Assembly (NCBI GenBank): GCA_965279035.1
Contig: OZ257142.1
Coordinates: 800,001-864,000 of the forward strand
Origin: Bacteroidia bacterium
GTDB taxonomy: Bacteria; Bacteroidota; Bacteroidia; M30B66
Direction of reading: 5' to 3'
Length of the DNA stretch: 64,000 bases
Shown: positions 40,855 through 49,806 of the stretch, in pieces
Layout: the number at the start of each line of letters is the position of its first letter
How positions within the stretch are numbered: position 1 is the first letter of the stretch
Translations under genes and position numbers: made by a program
The notes under the pieces: model-generated
What the model saw: only the letters and a program-made list of their open reading frames with translations
What the model was told of the DNA's origin: nothing
Databases searched by the model: none

Positions 40855-41558
40855 CTTTCAATGCCTCTAATGAGCATAAATGCTTCTGCGAAATTGCTTC
40901 CTACATAAACGCCCCAGTTTTTAGCTCTAACTTTTAGTGCTTCAGGTGAACGAGGATGTGGAAAAGCGCGACGTTCAAATTCATAGCTCTCCATCCCTTT
41001 AATTTTAGCATCGATATCTTCTTCTTCTACCACAAAAAAGTAATTCGGGAGAAAAGGATTGGGATAATTAAATGCTTGCCATTCAGTTGATGAAGGCGTT
41101 TCAAAGCAAAAAAGATACTTTACAGGTTCATGCATCATTGGTCTGATAGCAGTAACCACCGCTTCAAAAGTTCTGCGATGATCTATGTTTGTATCACCAC
41201 CATGATGGGTGAAAATGACTTCTGGATTAAAGTCTTCTTTTTCTTTTTCAATCACCTTGATAATATCCAGTAAATCGACTGAATCAAAACGATTGTCGGC
41301 GAATTCGTATGTTGAAACTGACTCAAATCCGATGGCTTGACGGGCGTTTTCAATATTGGATTTATGAATGGCTAATTCGGCTTCCCATTTGGCTTGATCG
41401 CGTTGATCGGAGCGAGATGTAATGCCTTCTCCAAGAATAATCACTCGAATTTTGCAATTCTTTTGATGAATTAAATGGTGCATCGTTCCTCCACATCCTA
41501 ATAATTCATCATCCGGATGAGCAACAACTAATAGAATTCTTTTTTCTTTTAAGTCCAT
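40851..41558 (-). CDS. PIG-L/LmbE family de-N-acetylase
   Basis: AHPDDE..GCGG, THH..D.NIDH, PHPRS, AEAF. Confidence 0.9.
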   Translation of the reverse strand: MDLKEKRILLVVAHPDDELLGCGGTMHHLIHQKNCKIRVIILGEGITSRSDQRDQAKWEAELAIHKSNIENARQAIGFESVSTYEFADNRFDSVDLLDIIKVIEKEKEDFNPEVIFTHHGGDTNIDHRRTFEAVVTAIRPMMHEPVKYLFCFETPSSTEWQAFNYPNPFLPNYFFVVEEEDIDAKIKGMESYEFERRAFPHPRSPEALKVRAKNWGVYVGSNFAEAFMLIRGIER

Positions 41559-41631
41559 TTGAATTAATTCAAGGAAATTTGTTCAATTTAAATTTAGGAT
41601 TTGATTGAAAATCAACGAATAAGAAAGTGGT

Positions 41632-42504
41632 TTAAACTTCATTAATCCAAGATGGTTTGTTCTCCCATAAGTGTGTTAGCACTTCGGGAAATGGTTTGAG
41701 CCATCTCAATAGTTCCTTACTTGGATGATATACTTGTTCATCTTTTTGTCCATCATCCTCAATTTCAATTTCAAGCTTAGATTCGGGAAGATTGGACACT
41801 AAGTGTATGAAACCTGCTGTTGAAATTGTATCTCTTCCTGATGCAATAAAAACCCCCGACAACTTATTTTCAGCTACTCGAATTAAGCATTCACTTGCTT
41901 CTTCAGCGGAAATATAATTCCGATACGATTCGAGACGTTTGGCTTGAAGTACTTGACCTGCATTTCCTTTAGCAGCAGCAAGTAGCATCCGATTCCAAAA
42001 GAGTGTTGGTTTGATTTGCCATCCCCAAATTCCTGCAATACGAAGGATTGCTTGTTTCTCTGGTTCTAAAACTATTTTCCAAACATTTTCAGCCGCAATT
42101 TTTCCTGCTCCATACAAGTTGGATGGCTCTGCCCAAGTCGTATCATCAACCGAAATTAATGATTGTGAATATACATTGACGCCACTTACCAAAACGGAAA
42201 ATCCGATTCCTGAATTTCTTGCCCAAGTTGCCAAGTTTATTGCCATTGCAGCATTTTCTAGCAAGCCTTCGGGATCAAACCATTTAACCGATGCAGCCGC
42301 ATGAATGAGTATAGTATTGGCCGGATCGCTCAGTGAAATCTTTTCTGAAAGTTGTTTTGTCGCATCATTACTACATAGATCAATTCCACCAGCTCTTGGG
42401 GAAGAAATGGGGATGATTTCAGCATTGGGAAAAAGCGTTTTTGCTTGATTGATGATCGCCTTTCCAAGAAATCCAGAAGCTCCTGTAATAATAATCGATT
42501 TCAT
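41632..42504 (-). CDS. Divergent NAD-dependent epimerase/dehydratase/reductase
   Basis: ITGASGFLG, IHAAA, YGAGK (YxxxK). Confidence 0.78.
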   Translation of the reverse strand: MKSIIITGASGFLGKAIINQAKTLFPNAEIIPISSPRAGGIDLCSNDATKQLSEKISLSDPANTILIHAAASVKWFDPEGLLENAAMAINLATWARNSGIGFSVLVSGVNVYSQSLISVDDTTWAEPSNLYGAGKIAAENVWKIVLEPEKQAILRIAGIWGWQIKPTLFWNRMLLAAAKGNAGQVLQAKRLESYRNYISAEEASECLIRVAENKLSGVFIASGRDTISTAGFIHLVSNLPESKLEIEIEDDGQKDEQVYHPSKELLRWLKPFPEVLTHLWENKPSWINEV

Positions 42505-42510
42505 TCTTAA

Positions 42511-43431
42511 TCACGAAATATGTGGTCGCACATCAAATTTTGTAGCTAGAATCGCATTTTCAGGAAGCAAGCATGGAATTCCTCCAACGATAGGATAAGC
42601 AAGTAAACCTTCGGGAGAATAATAACAATCGGCTCGTTTCTCCAATTTTGTTTTAGTAATTGGACAGGAAACTGGTGTATCAATTTTTGACGAATTATTC
42701 TCGTTCTCCACCGAAATCAAAATAATTCCTGAAGGATTCAAAGGAGTCATGATGCATTCCATCAATTGATACATTTCAATCTTCATCCCGAGCTTTTCGG
42801 CAGTTGCTTTCAAATTTCTCACATATCCATGATGACGCATGCGCTCTTGTGCCGCTTCGGTTGCGAGCTCATAAATAGGCTCAAAAAGAACGAGGTATTT
42901 TTTGGTCACCCGAAATAATTCTTTCAATATTTCTTCCTCTCTACTACCATTAGGCTCTATTGCATGTGAGGTAAAAACGACATCAACCGATTTATCTGCA
43001 AGTGGAATATTAAATAAATCACCCGTAAATAAATTGGCATGTCCAAAACCTTTGTTTTGAAGATACATTTTCGCGAAACTGACTCTTGACCAAGAGATGT
43101 CAAAACCATAAATATTGGATGGTTTATTATTGAGAAGAGGAAGCATATTTCCCAAGGTTGTAGCTTCTCCAATACCTGCTTCTAAAATAGAATCGAATGG
43201 ACCAATTTTATTGAGAATGGATGCGATTTCGCTGCAGTAAACTAAATTCTTATCATGATTTTCGTTGGCGTATTGAATGTAATTTCCAGTTTGAAAATCA
43301 TAACTAATTTGAATTGCTTCGGTTGTATTGTATTGAGTTTTCTCAATATCACGAAGTAAATTGATGATATTCTCTCCCTTACTGTAACTCTCTTTTACAT
43401 GCAAAAGATGTTTGTATAATTTATTATTCAT
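42511..43431 (-). CDS. Class I SAM methyltransferase with C-terminal Trm112/YcaR-like domain
   Basis: ILEAGIGEAT, GFDIS, DVVFTSHAIE; C-terminus CPITKTKL...LAYPIVGGIPCLL..NA. Confidence 0.8.
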   Translation of the reverse strand: MNNKLYKHLLHVKESYSKGENIINLLRDIEKTQYNTTEAIQISYDFQTGNYIQYANENHDKNLVYCSEIASILNKIGPFDSILEAGIGEATTLGNMLPLLNNKPSNIYGFDISWSRVSFAKMYLQNKGFGHANLFTGDLFNIPLADKSVDVVFTSHAIEPNGSREEEILKELFRVTKKYLVLFEPIYELATEAAQERMRHHGYVRNLKATAEKLGMKIEMYQLMECIMTPLNPSGIILISVENENNSSKIDTPVSCPITKTKLEKRADCYYSPEGLLAYPIVGGIPCLLPENAILATKFDVRPHIS

Positions 43432-43497
43432 CAGCGTCTTTTTTTAAATTGAAAACAAAATTCAAAAATGATTTATCAAGCGAAAGAATTCATATTC

Positions 43498-44226
43498 TCA
43501 TACTTTGAGTAGTTTATTCATTAATTCTTGTTTTGAAATATTTCCACTCATTAATATTTCATAACTCTTTTCTCCGCAATTAAACATTAAATCAAATACA
43601 GTCATATAGGGCTCAAAAGCACCGTATTTCTGAGGATATACAGGATGATTGTAGCTTTGGAAATCGATTTGAATTCCTTCGTTGTGAAATGAATCCGCAT
43701 TCGCATAATTTTTTCCTAATGCACCAAAAAGAAATAACTCAGGCTTTACTTTTTTACACATATCCAACACTAAATCTGATTTTTTCCCTGTTAAATCTAA
43801 ATCATGACCGTAAAGAATATCTACATGGATATTTAAATCTTTTAAAATAAACCGTAGAATATAATCATTGAGTTCCGCTAAATACTCCCAATCCATGCTA
43901 TATAATTCACGGAAAAATGAAATGTATTTATCGTAATATAAGGTCTTTGAATAATTGTATTCTATCGACCGTAAATGCTTTTTTTTCCAATTCCGTTTAT
44001 TGTCAATTTGTAAATCTTGAAGTTTAATATCAATTTTACCATATGTATAAACAGGAACAGTAAGCCAGAGAGGACCTTTAGAAGTTTTTATTTTATTTCG
44101 ACTGTTCCAATCTTCTTTCAAATATTGAACAGTATCAAAAACTACATAGGCATCTGAAACGGCAATTTTATGAATCAATCCACACCAAGGCAAATAAACT
44201 GGTTGATGGGAAGTGAGGATTTTCAT
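43498..44226 (-). CDS. WbqC-family protein
   Basis: HQPVYLPWCG, FDTVQY, RNKI, WLTVP, YPQ..G.FEPYMTVFDL.FN. Confidence 0.9.
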   Translation of the reverse strand: MKILTSHQPVYLPWCGLIHKIAVSDAYVVFDTVQYLKEDWNSRNKIKTSKGPLWLTVPVYTYGKIDIKLQDLQIDNKRNWKKKHLRSIEYNYSKTLYYDKYISFFRELYSMDWEYLAELNDYILRFILKDLNIHVDILYGHDLDLTGKKSDLVLDMCKKVKPELFLFGALGKNYANADSFHNEGIQIDFQSYNHPVYPQKYGAFEPYMTVFDLMFNCGEKSYEILMSGNISKQELMNKLLKV

Positions 44227-44259
44227 TGGATTGATTCTTCAAAAATGGATGATCGTGTA

Positions 44260-44961
44260 TTATTGTGTTTTGTTGTTGATCGCAACGACTTCCCACTCAG
44301 CATGAATTCTAACAGCTGGTAAAGTAACATCTTCGAATGATTTATGAGTAATACTTTTGATTTCCCAGCCTTTTTCTAAAACATCAAAAATGTTGTTCTT
44401 CCCATAAAAACACATGGTATGGCTTCCGCTAGGACCACCATCGGAATTATGAATCATCCCATCTTCTCCCATTTTTCCTGAAGCAAATAGAGAATTACGT
44501 TCACTGTAAGGAGTAAAATAAAAAACACCTTGATTGAGTAGCACTCTTTTTATTTCACGTATTGTTTCTTTTGCCAAATTGAAATTTACATAGGAAACAG
44601 ATCCTCTGTCGATTACAATATCAAATGAATTGTCAGGAAAAGGAAGTTTTGTGAAATCACCCACAATAAATTCGCCTTCTAAGTTTTCATCTTTAAAGCG
44701 TTTGCGTGCATATTCAACAGCGGTTGCACTACCTTCAATTCCTGTTACGGAGAAGCCTTCACGAGCAGCAAACCACAAATTATTTCCTGTCCCACTGCCA
44801 ACTTCAAGAATCCGAACATCTTTTCGCTCTTTATTTCTAGGATAATTTTTGAAAAGAAAAGCAACAACAGAATCGTAGGGATAACGTACAATGTTTTTGT
44901 CTTTACTGTAAATATCTTCTTCCCAGATTCGTATCGTGTCGCTATTCATTGCTTGAATCAT
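44260..44961 (-). CDS. Class I SAM-dependent methyltransferase
   Basis: ILEVGSGTGNN, GIEGS, GDF..LPF..NSFD.VIDR. Confidence 0.88.
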   Translation of the reverse strand: MIQAMNSDTIRIWEEDIYSKDKNIVRYPYDSVVAFLFKNYPRNKERKDVRILEVGSGTGNNLWFAAREGFSVTGIEGSATAVEYARKRFKDENLEGEFIVGDFTKLPFPDNSFDIVIDRGSVSYVNFNLAKETIREIKRVLLNQGVFYFTPYSERNSLFASGKMGEDGMIHNSDGGPSGSHTMCFYGKNNIFDVLEKGWEIKSITHKSFEDVTLPAVRIHAEWEVVAINNKTQ

Positions 44962-46013
44962 TCAAAATTAGTATATGAAAATTGTTGCCCCTTTTTCATG
45001 TCTTTGAGGAGTGTTTTCCCAATCAAAGCTGAGATTGACGATGGTGGAATTCCGGTTGAAGGCTTTAAGAAAATAATATCTTCTTCCTTTATTTTTTGTC
45101 CTTTGGATAAATCCGATTTTGCTGCACATGAAAAACGATAATTCAATCGACTATGTGATTCAGATGCTGTTGGACCGATAATCGAAGTTCCCAAACAGGT
45201 TTCCATCATTCTCACATCACGAATTAATTGACTTAATTCTTTGGGATCGGATGAAAATCGGTGGTCTGGCCCGGGAAGACTTTTATCGAGCGTGAAATGT
45301 TTTTCTATGAAGCAAGCATTGAAAACGATCGAGCCAATTGCTGCTAATGAGCCATCAGTATGATCGCTAAATCCAACAGGAACAAGGAATGTGCTTTCTA
45401 AGGTTTGGATTTTACGGAGATTTACATCTTCCAATGGAGTAGGGTAGGACGAAGTGCAATGAAGCAAAATTAAATCAGTACCACCGGCATCTTTAAATGC
45501 ACGAACAGAATCATCAATCTCACCAAGAACAGCCATTCCAGTAGATAAAACTGTGGGGATTTTGGTCTTCGCCATATCCCGAATTAAGGAATGATTTACA
45601 AGCGCATCAGAACCATTTTTAAGCAGCGGAGTGTTGATTGCAACAAGATCTTCGAGTGTTTCACGACTTGAAGGAGTACTGAAAAAAATAATCCCTTTCT
45701 TTTCGCAATAATTCTTCAGAAGAAATAATTGTTCCCGACTAAGTTCATAGCGGTTAAACATATCCAGCTGACTTTCAGTTACTTCTTTCCCTTGAGAAAT
45801 GTAAGTGTACTGAAGCGAATCATCAGCAAATAAATCTGACGTTTTATAATTCTGGAATTTAACGGAATCACATCCGGATTCAACTGCAGCATCAATCATT
45901 TTTACTGCAAGATCCATATCACCATTGTGATTAATCCCAATCTCCGCAGCTATAAATGAAGGATTTCCATTTCCAATTAATCGCCCCGCAACTCTTACTG
46001 GGTTCACATACAT
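44958..46013 (-). CDS. Nonulosonic acid synthase (NeuB/PseI/LegI family) with C-terminal SAF/antifreeze-like domain
   Basis: AEIGINHNGD, VKFQ, STGM, LHCTSSYP, GFSDHT, IEKHFT, DH.FS. Confidence 0.93.
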   Translation of the reverse strand: MYVNPVRVAGRLIGNGNPSFIAAEIGINHNGDMDLAVKMIDAAVESGCDSVKFQNYKTSDLFADDSLQYTYISQGKEVTESQLDMFNRYELSREQLFLLKNYCEKKGIIFFSTPSSRETLEDLVAINTPLLKNGSDALVNHSLIRDMAKTKIPTVLSTGMAVLGEIDDSVRAFKDAGGTDLILLHCTSSYPTPLEDVNLRKIQTLESTFLVPVGFSDHTDGSLAAIGSIVFNACFIEKHFTLDKSLPGPDHRFSSDPKELSQLIRDVRMMETCLGTSIIGPTASESHSRLNYRFSCAAKSDLSKGQKIKEEDIIFLKPSTGIPPSSISALIGKTLLKDMKKGQQFSYTNFE

Positions 46014-46021
46014 ACCTTGTT

Positions 46022-46029
46022 CCTCCTTT
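46022..46029 (-). promoter_or_regulatory. Canonical Shine-Dalgarno-like sequence
   Basis: Minus-strand AAAGGAGG 8 nt upstream of ATG 46013. Confidence 0.6.
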
Positions 46030-46059
46030 AAAAACAGAATTATTTCTGATAGTAAGAGG

Positions 46060-46067
46060 CAAATATA
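46060..46067 (-). promoter_or_regulatory. Internal -7 promoter element upstream of the synthase
   Basis: Minus-strand TATATTTG(C). Confidence 0.55.
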
Positions 46068-46098
46068 TGCTATTAATTTTATTCGTCAAATGAAGGGT

Positions 46099-47100
46099 TT
46101 ATGCCTCTGGATTAGGACGTATCCCAAGTGTAGACAATATTGATTTACAGGCTATTTCAGCACCATCTTTCGGGACAATTTCAAAGCTATTTTGATGGAT
46201 ATTTAACCTTGCTTGTTTTCCAATTAATAATTGAATTTGTTCTTCTATTTTTTCTTTCAGATTGGGATCATTATGAGCAATTAATTCATGTTGAAATCCT
46301 TGATTGAGATAGAAATTTTGATTCAACTTTTGATCAGGACTCATGTATATTCCAATGGCTGGAGTTCCAAGGTATGCAAGCTCATGCAGCGTTTGTCCAC
46401 AACCACAAATCACCAAGTCGGAAGTTTGATAAAGCTTGATCATTTCTTCGGCAGTTTGTTGCCCAAGAATTTGAATATCAGGAAATAAATGATTCAAATT
46501 ATCTCCAGAATGATGATCAGGAGAAATTAATGTGATACGTGATTTTGGAAGTTTTGATTTTATTATTTCACATAAAATAGCCGATATATTATGCACATCG
46601 GAGCCACCAATGGTGATAACAACTTGCTCTATTTCAGTATGAATAGATTGAAATTCTCTATTCGCTTGTTTAAATTCTTTTCGTAAAACGATATAGTCTT
46701 TTCCCATCAACATCTTTCCTGATTGTTTAGAATAATCAAGCTGTTCGAGTGTTACTCCTGGATTTAAGACTAGTGGAACGGGATAGATAATTCGGTTAAA
46801 ATCATCTATAGCACAAACATGTTGATATGTTGATGCTATTTCAGCATACGTTTCAGCACCAGCTAGATAGGAATCAATAATAGCTAAGGTTTTATTTTTC
46901 CCATTTCGTAACGTTGAATCTTGATGCCAATTACCAAGTTGAATTTCAGTATCTAAAATACCTTCTTCTCCCTTTAAAAATAAAATGATATTCGTTTTAA
47001 AACCATTTCGTGAAAATGCATCTGCAATAGACTTACAGCGCATAAAATGCCCATATCCAATGCCTTGTCCCACTTCGGTATAAATAACTAATTCATTCAT
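46099..47100 (-). CDS. pseG: PseG/SpsG-like UDP-sugar hydrolase (GT-B fold)
   Basis: IGYGHFMRC, IIDSY, IDD, VLRKEF, TIGGSD, GQTLHEL, NQ. Confidence 0.78.
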   Translation of the reverse strand: MNELVIYTEVGQGIGYGHFMRCKSIADAFSRNGFKTNIILFLKGEEGILDTEIQLGNWHQDSTLRNGKNKTLAIIDSYLAGAETYAEIASTYQHVCAIDDFNRIIYPVPLVLNPGVTLEQLDYSKQSGKMLMGKDYIVLRKEFKQANREFQSIHTEIEQVVITIGGSDVHNISAILCEIIKSKLPKSRITLISPDHHSGDNLNHLFPDIQILGQQTAEEMIKLYQTSDLVICGCGQTLHELAYLGTPAIGIYMSPDQKLNQNFYLNQGFQHELIAHNDPNLKEKIEEQIQLLIGKQARLNIHQNSFEIVPKDGAEIACKSILSTLGIRPNPEA

Positions 47101-47132
47101 TTTTATTGATTTTCAACCGAAGTAAAAAAGCA

Positions 47133-48071
47133 TTATAAAATATATTCTTCGTAACCACGATAAAATTTTCTACCTGCTTCCACTGCTGTATAATCCGATA
47201 TAGGTAAGTCAAGCGAATCTTGAATGGTCCATATTAAATCTTGATATCCCATCATGTGGCGAAATTTAACTGTGCCCGAAAAGCGTGGATTAATTTCAAA
47301 TACACATGGACCTTTTGAACTCAACTTTAATTGCACATTGATCGATCCTACTAAGTCGATCTTTTCTGCAATTTGATTTAAAAGCAAATCTATTTCTTCA
47401 TTCTTTACGACAAAACCAAACCCAGAAGCTCCATCAGCTAGTTTTCGATTGTAAATGATTGTGCGAACTTCCTTGTTTTTAGAACGGAATAATCCACACG
47501 TAAATTCATCTTCATCATCTTCTAATAATTCCTGAACAATAAATCCTGGATTTTTTTGCTTTTGGAAATCAAAGTCCTCTTTATTTTTAATAATAAATAA
47601 CGATTTACTTCCTGCTCCTTTTCGGCTTTTTAAAATAATTGGTTTGATATAATTGGGGTAATCTTCAATCAAGATTGTCTCTGGAAATGGAAGTCCAGAT
47701 GCCTTTAAAAATTGCGATGTTTCGTATTTATCAAAGCCAATTTGTCTCGATTTTAAATTCGGACAAATCAGTTTCTTATCTAAGAAAAATGAATCTATTT
47801 CTAGATCTGTTAAATACCTTAATTCGGGTTCAGAAACAGGAATAATTATATCTATTTTATTTTTCTCAATTATTTCCTGTAACGATTTTTGGTAATTGGA
47901 ATTTGAAATCGGTGGGACTTTGATGAAATGATCAAAAATAAAAATGGCACTTGTTTCGTCACTGATGTCTGTGCCTGTGATACTTCCAGTTAATGGATGT
48001 GTATTAAGAATCTTCCCAATACTTTGGCCAATATCTCCACCACAACCAAGAACAAGAATATTTATTTTCAT
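47133..48071 (-). CDS. ATP-grasp ligase (carbamoyl-phosphate synthase/PylC-like)
   Basis: ILVLGCGG, IIP.SEPEL, DKY, ILKSR.GAGS, VQE, EINPRFSG. Confidence 0.85.
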   Translation of the reverse strand: MKINILVLGCGGDIGQSIGKILNTHPLTGSITGTDISDETSAIFIFDHFIKVPPISNSNYQKSLQEIIEKNKIDIIIPVSEPELRYLTDLEIDSFFLDKKLICPNLKSRQIGFDKYETSQFLKASGLPFPETILIEDYPNYIKPIILKSRKGAGSKSLFIIKNKEDFDFQKQKNPGFIVQELLEDDEDEFTCGLFRSKNKEVRTIIYNRKLADGASGFGFVVKNEEIDLLLNQIAEKIDLVGSINVQLKLSSKGPCVFEINPRFSGTVKFRHMMGYQDLIWTIQDSLDLPISDYTAVEAGRKFYRGYEEYIL

Positions 48072-48073
48072 AG

Positions 48074-48775
48074 TTATTTATTTCGAATCAAGATATTTTT
48101 CAAATATACAATATCAGAATCGATCGCCTCTACTTCTCGTATCAATGCTTCTGTATCGTATGGAGTTGAATTTAATTGTACGGTTTGATTTTCTGTATTG
48201 ATTATTGCCCATTCTGCTAACCCTCCTCTTCTTCTCGATTGTCCAACCGATCCAACATTGACCAATAAACTACTCGCCGTTTTATACACAAATGGATAAT
48301 GAGAATGCCCAGTCAAAACAATGGAATAGTTTGAATCAGCACATTTTTCTAATATGTCTTTTGGAGAATCTGGATAGAGGTAATAATCCAATTCGAAAGG
48401 TGCTCCATGACTCATCAATACTGAGCAATCGTCTTGTTGAATTGCATTTTTCGTTGGAGCTTGTGTGATGAATTCAATCTCAGCTTCACTTAATCTTTTC
48501 AAGGCTTCTTGATGCCCGCTACCATATTTCTTTCGCAATTCTTCTCCATCAATCTGACCTTGTTTGAGTTTTAGTAATATATCTTCATGATTACCACGAA
48601 TAAATGAAAAATCCCATTGCTTTAATTCTTCGAGAATGATGTCTGGACGGTAGTAATAACCTACAACATCACCTAAAATCAGGAGCTTTTCAATCTTCGC
48701 TTTACGAATGTCTTCCAGTACTTTTTGGAAAGCATACTGATTGCCATGTAAGTCGGATAGAACTGCAATTTTCAT
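48074..48775 (-). CDS. Calcineurin-like metallophosphoesterase
   Basis: SDLHGN, LGDVVGY, RGNHE, HG, GHSH, NVGSVGQ.R. Confidence 0.9.
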   Translation of the reverse strand: MKIAVLSDLHGNQYAFQKVLEDIRKAKIEKLLILGDVVGYYYRPDIILEELKQWDFSFIRGNHEDILLKLKQGQIDGEELRKKYGSGHQEALKRLSEAEIEFITQAPTKNAIQQDDCSVLMSHGAPFELDYYLYPDSPKDILEKCADSNYSIVLTGHSHYPFVYKTASSLLVNVGSVGQSRRRGGLAEWAIINTENQTVQLNSTPYDTEALIREVEAIDSDIVYLKNILIRNK

Positions 48776-48969
48776 TTTTTGAGATTAGAAGATGGCAAAG
48801 TAAAACTCATCGCAAATTGATTAAAATATTTTCAAAATATATGATAGAAGTTATTAGAATTGAAAATATTAATTCTAGCTATGTTGCTATTATCTAGTCT
48901 TTTATTAAGAGGTTTTGTCCTAATTTGAGGAATCAATTTGAGTGAAAAAATCAATTCCTCTACACGTTT

Positions 48970-49806
48970 TCAATCCTCAAGTTTAGAAGCAGCATAATTT
49001 AGCTCTAATCTTCTTAACACATCAACTGCGTAATCAATCTCATCTTTTGAAGACATTCCCGGTTTTTTTTGAAATGTACTTTTATTTAAATGCATAATCC
49101 AAGGTTTTGATTGGGCAAGAGTTGCTAATTCGTTCATCCCAAAGCTTGGATTTTTATCATACAACTGATCAAATACAGCACACAAACTCGTATAATCTTC
49201 TTTCGTATCAAGCGTTAGGCGCCATTCTGAAAAAGGCATTAATTCTTTTTCCGCTTCCATCTTCGCAATCTTGAATGTATCCGGATGATTTCGAACATAG
49301 AGTGTCACATGCTCTCGATCCGATTCCGTTAAATCTTTGGCATCTAAAGATTGATTCAAAGATTTAAGACGAACAATTTCAATATTCATCCCAGTTGGAT
49401 AACCTGTAGAATATGTGTAATCAGCATGCTCATTCAAATGAAGTTCAATTCCTTTTGAAATAATTTCAGGATCAATGCAGGGATTATCGCCTGTTATACG
49501 AACTACGTGATCGGCACCAAATTTCTTTGCAGCTCCTATGTACCTTATTAAAACATTGTCTTCATCACCTCTAAAAACCCCTATCGGATTGGGTTTATGA
49601 TTCTCTGCCCATTGCTCAATTGCATCGTCTTCTTCTAAATCTGGACAAGCAATCGCAATTCCTTGAGCATTTTTCACTTGCGTAATTCGGCGAATAATGT
49701 GTTCGAGAACAGATGGTCCACTTGGCTCAGGAAGCGGCATTAACGTTTTTCCACTTAAACGGTTTGAACCCATACGGGCTTGAATAATTAACCAAACCGA
49801 ATTCAT
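48970..49806 (-). CDS. SpsF/PseF-like cytidylyltransferase
   Basis: IIQARMGSNRL.GK, RITGDNP, REHVT, RLTLDT..D; ATG 49806 overlaps the upstream stop (ATGA). Confidence 0.85.
   Translation of the reverse strand: MNSVWLIIQARMGSNRLSGKTLMPLPEPSGPSVLEHIIRRITQVKNAQGIAIACPDLEEDDAIEQWAENHKPNPIGVFRGDEDNVLIRYIGAAKKFGADHVVRITGDNPCIDPEIISKGIELHLNEHADYTYSTGYPTGMNIEIVRLKSLNQSLDAKDLTESDREHVTLYVRNHPDTFKIAKMEAEKELMPFSEWRLTLDTKEDYTSLCAVFDQLYDKNPSFGMNELATLAQSKPWIMHLNKSTFQKKPGMSSKDEIDYAVDVLRRLELNYAASKLED

Noticed and set aside
31468-43475. Recurring AAAAATGATT in gaps near 31470, 38370 and 43465
   Set aside because: Short and AT-rich; plausible by chance in this composition
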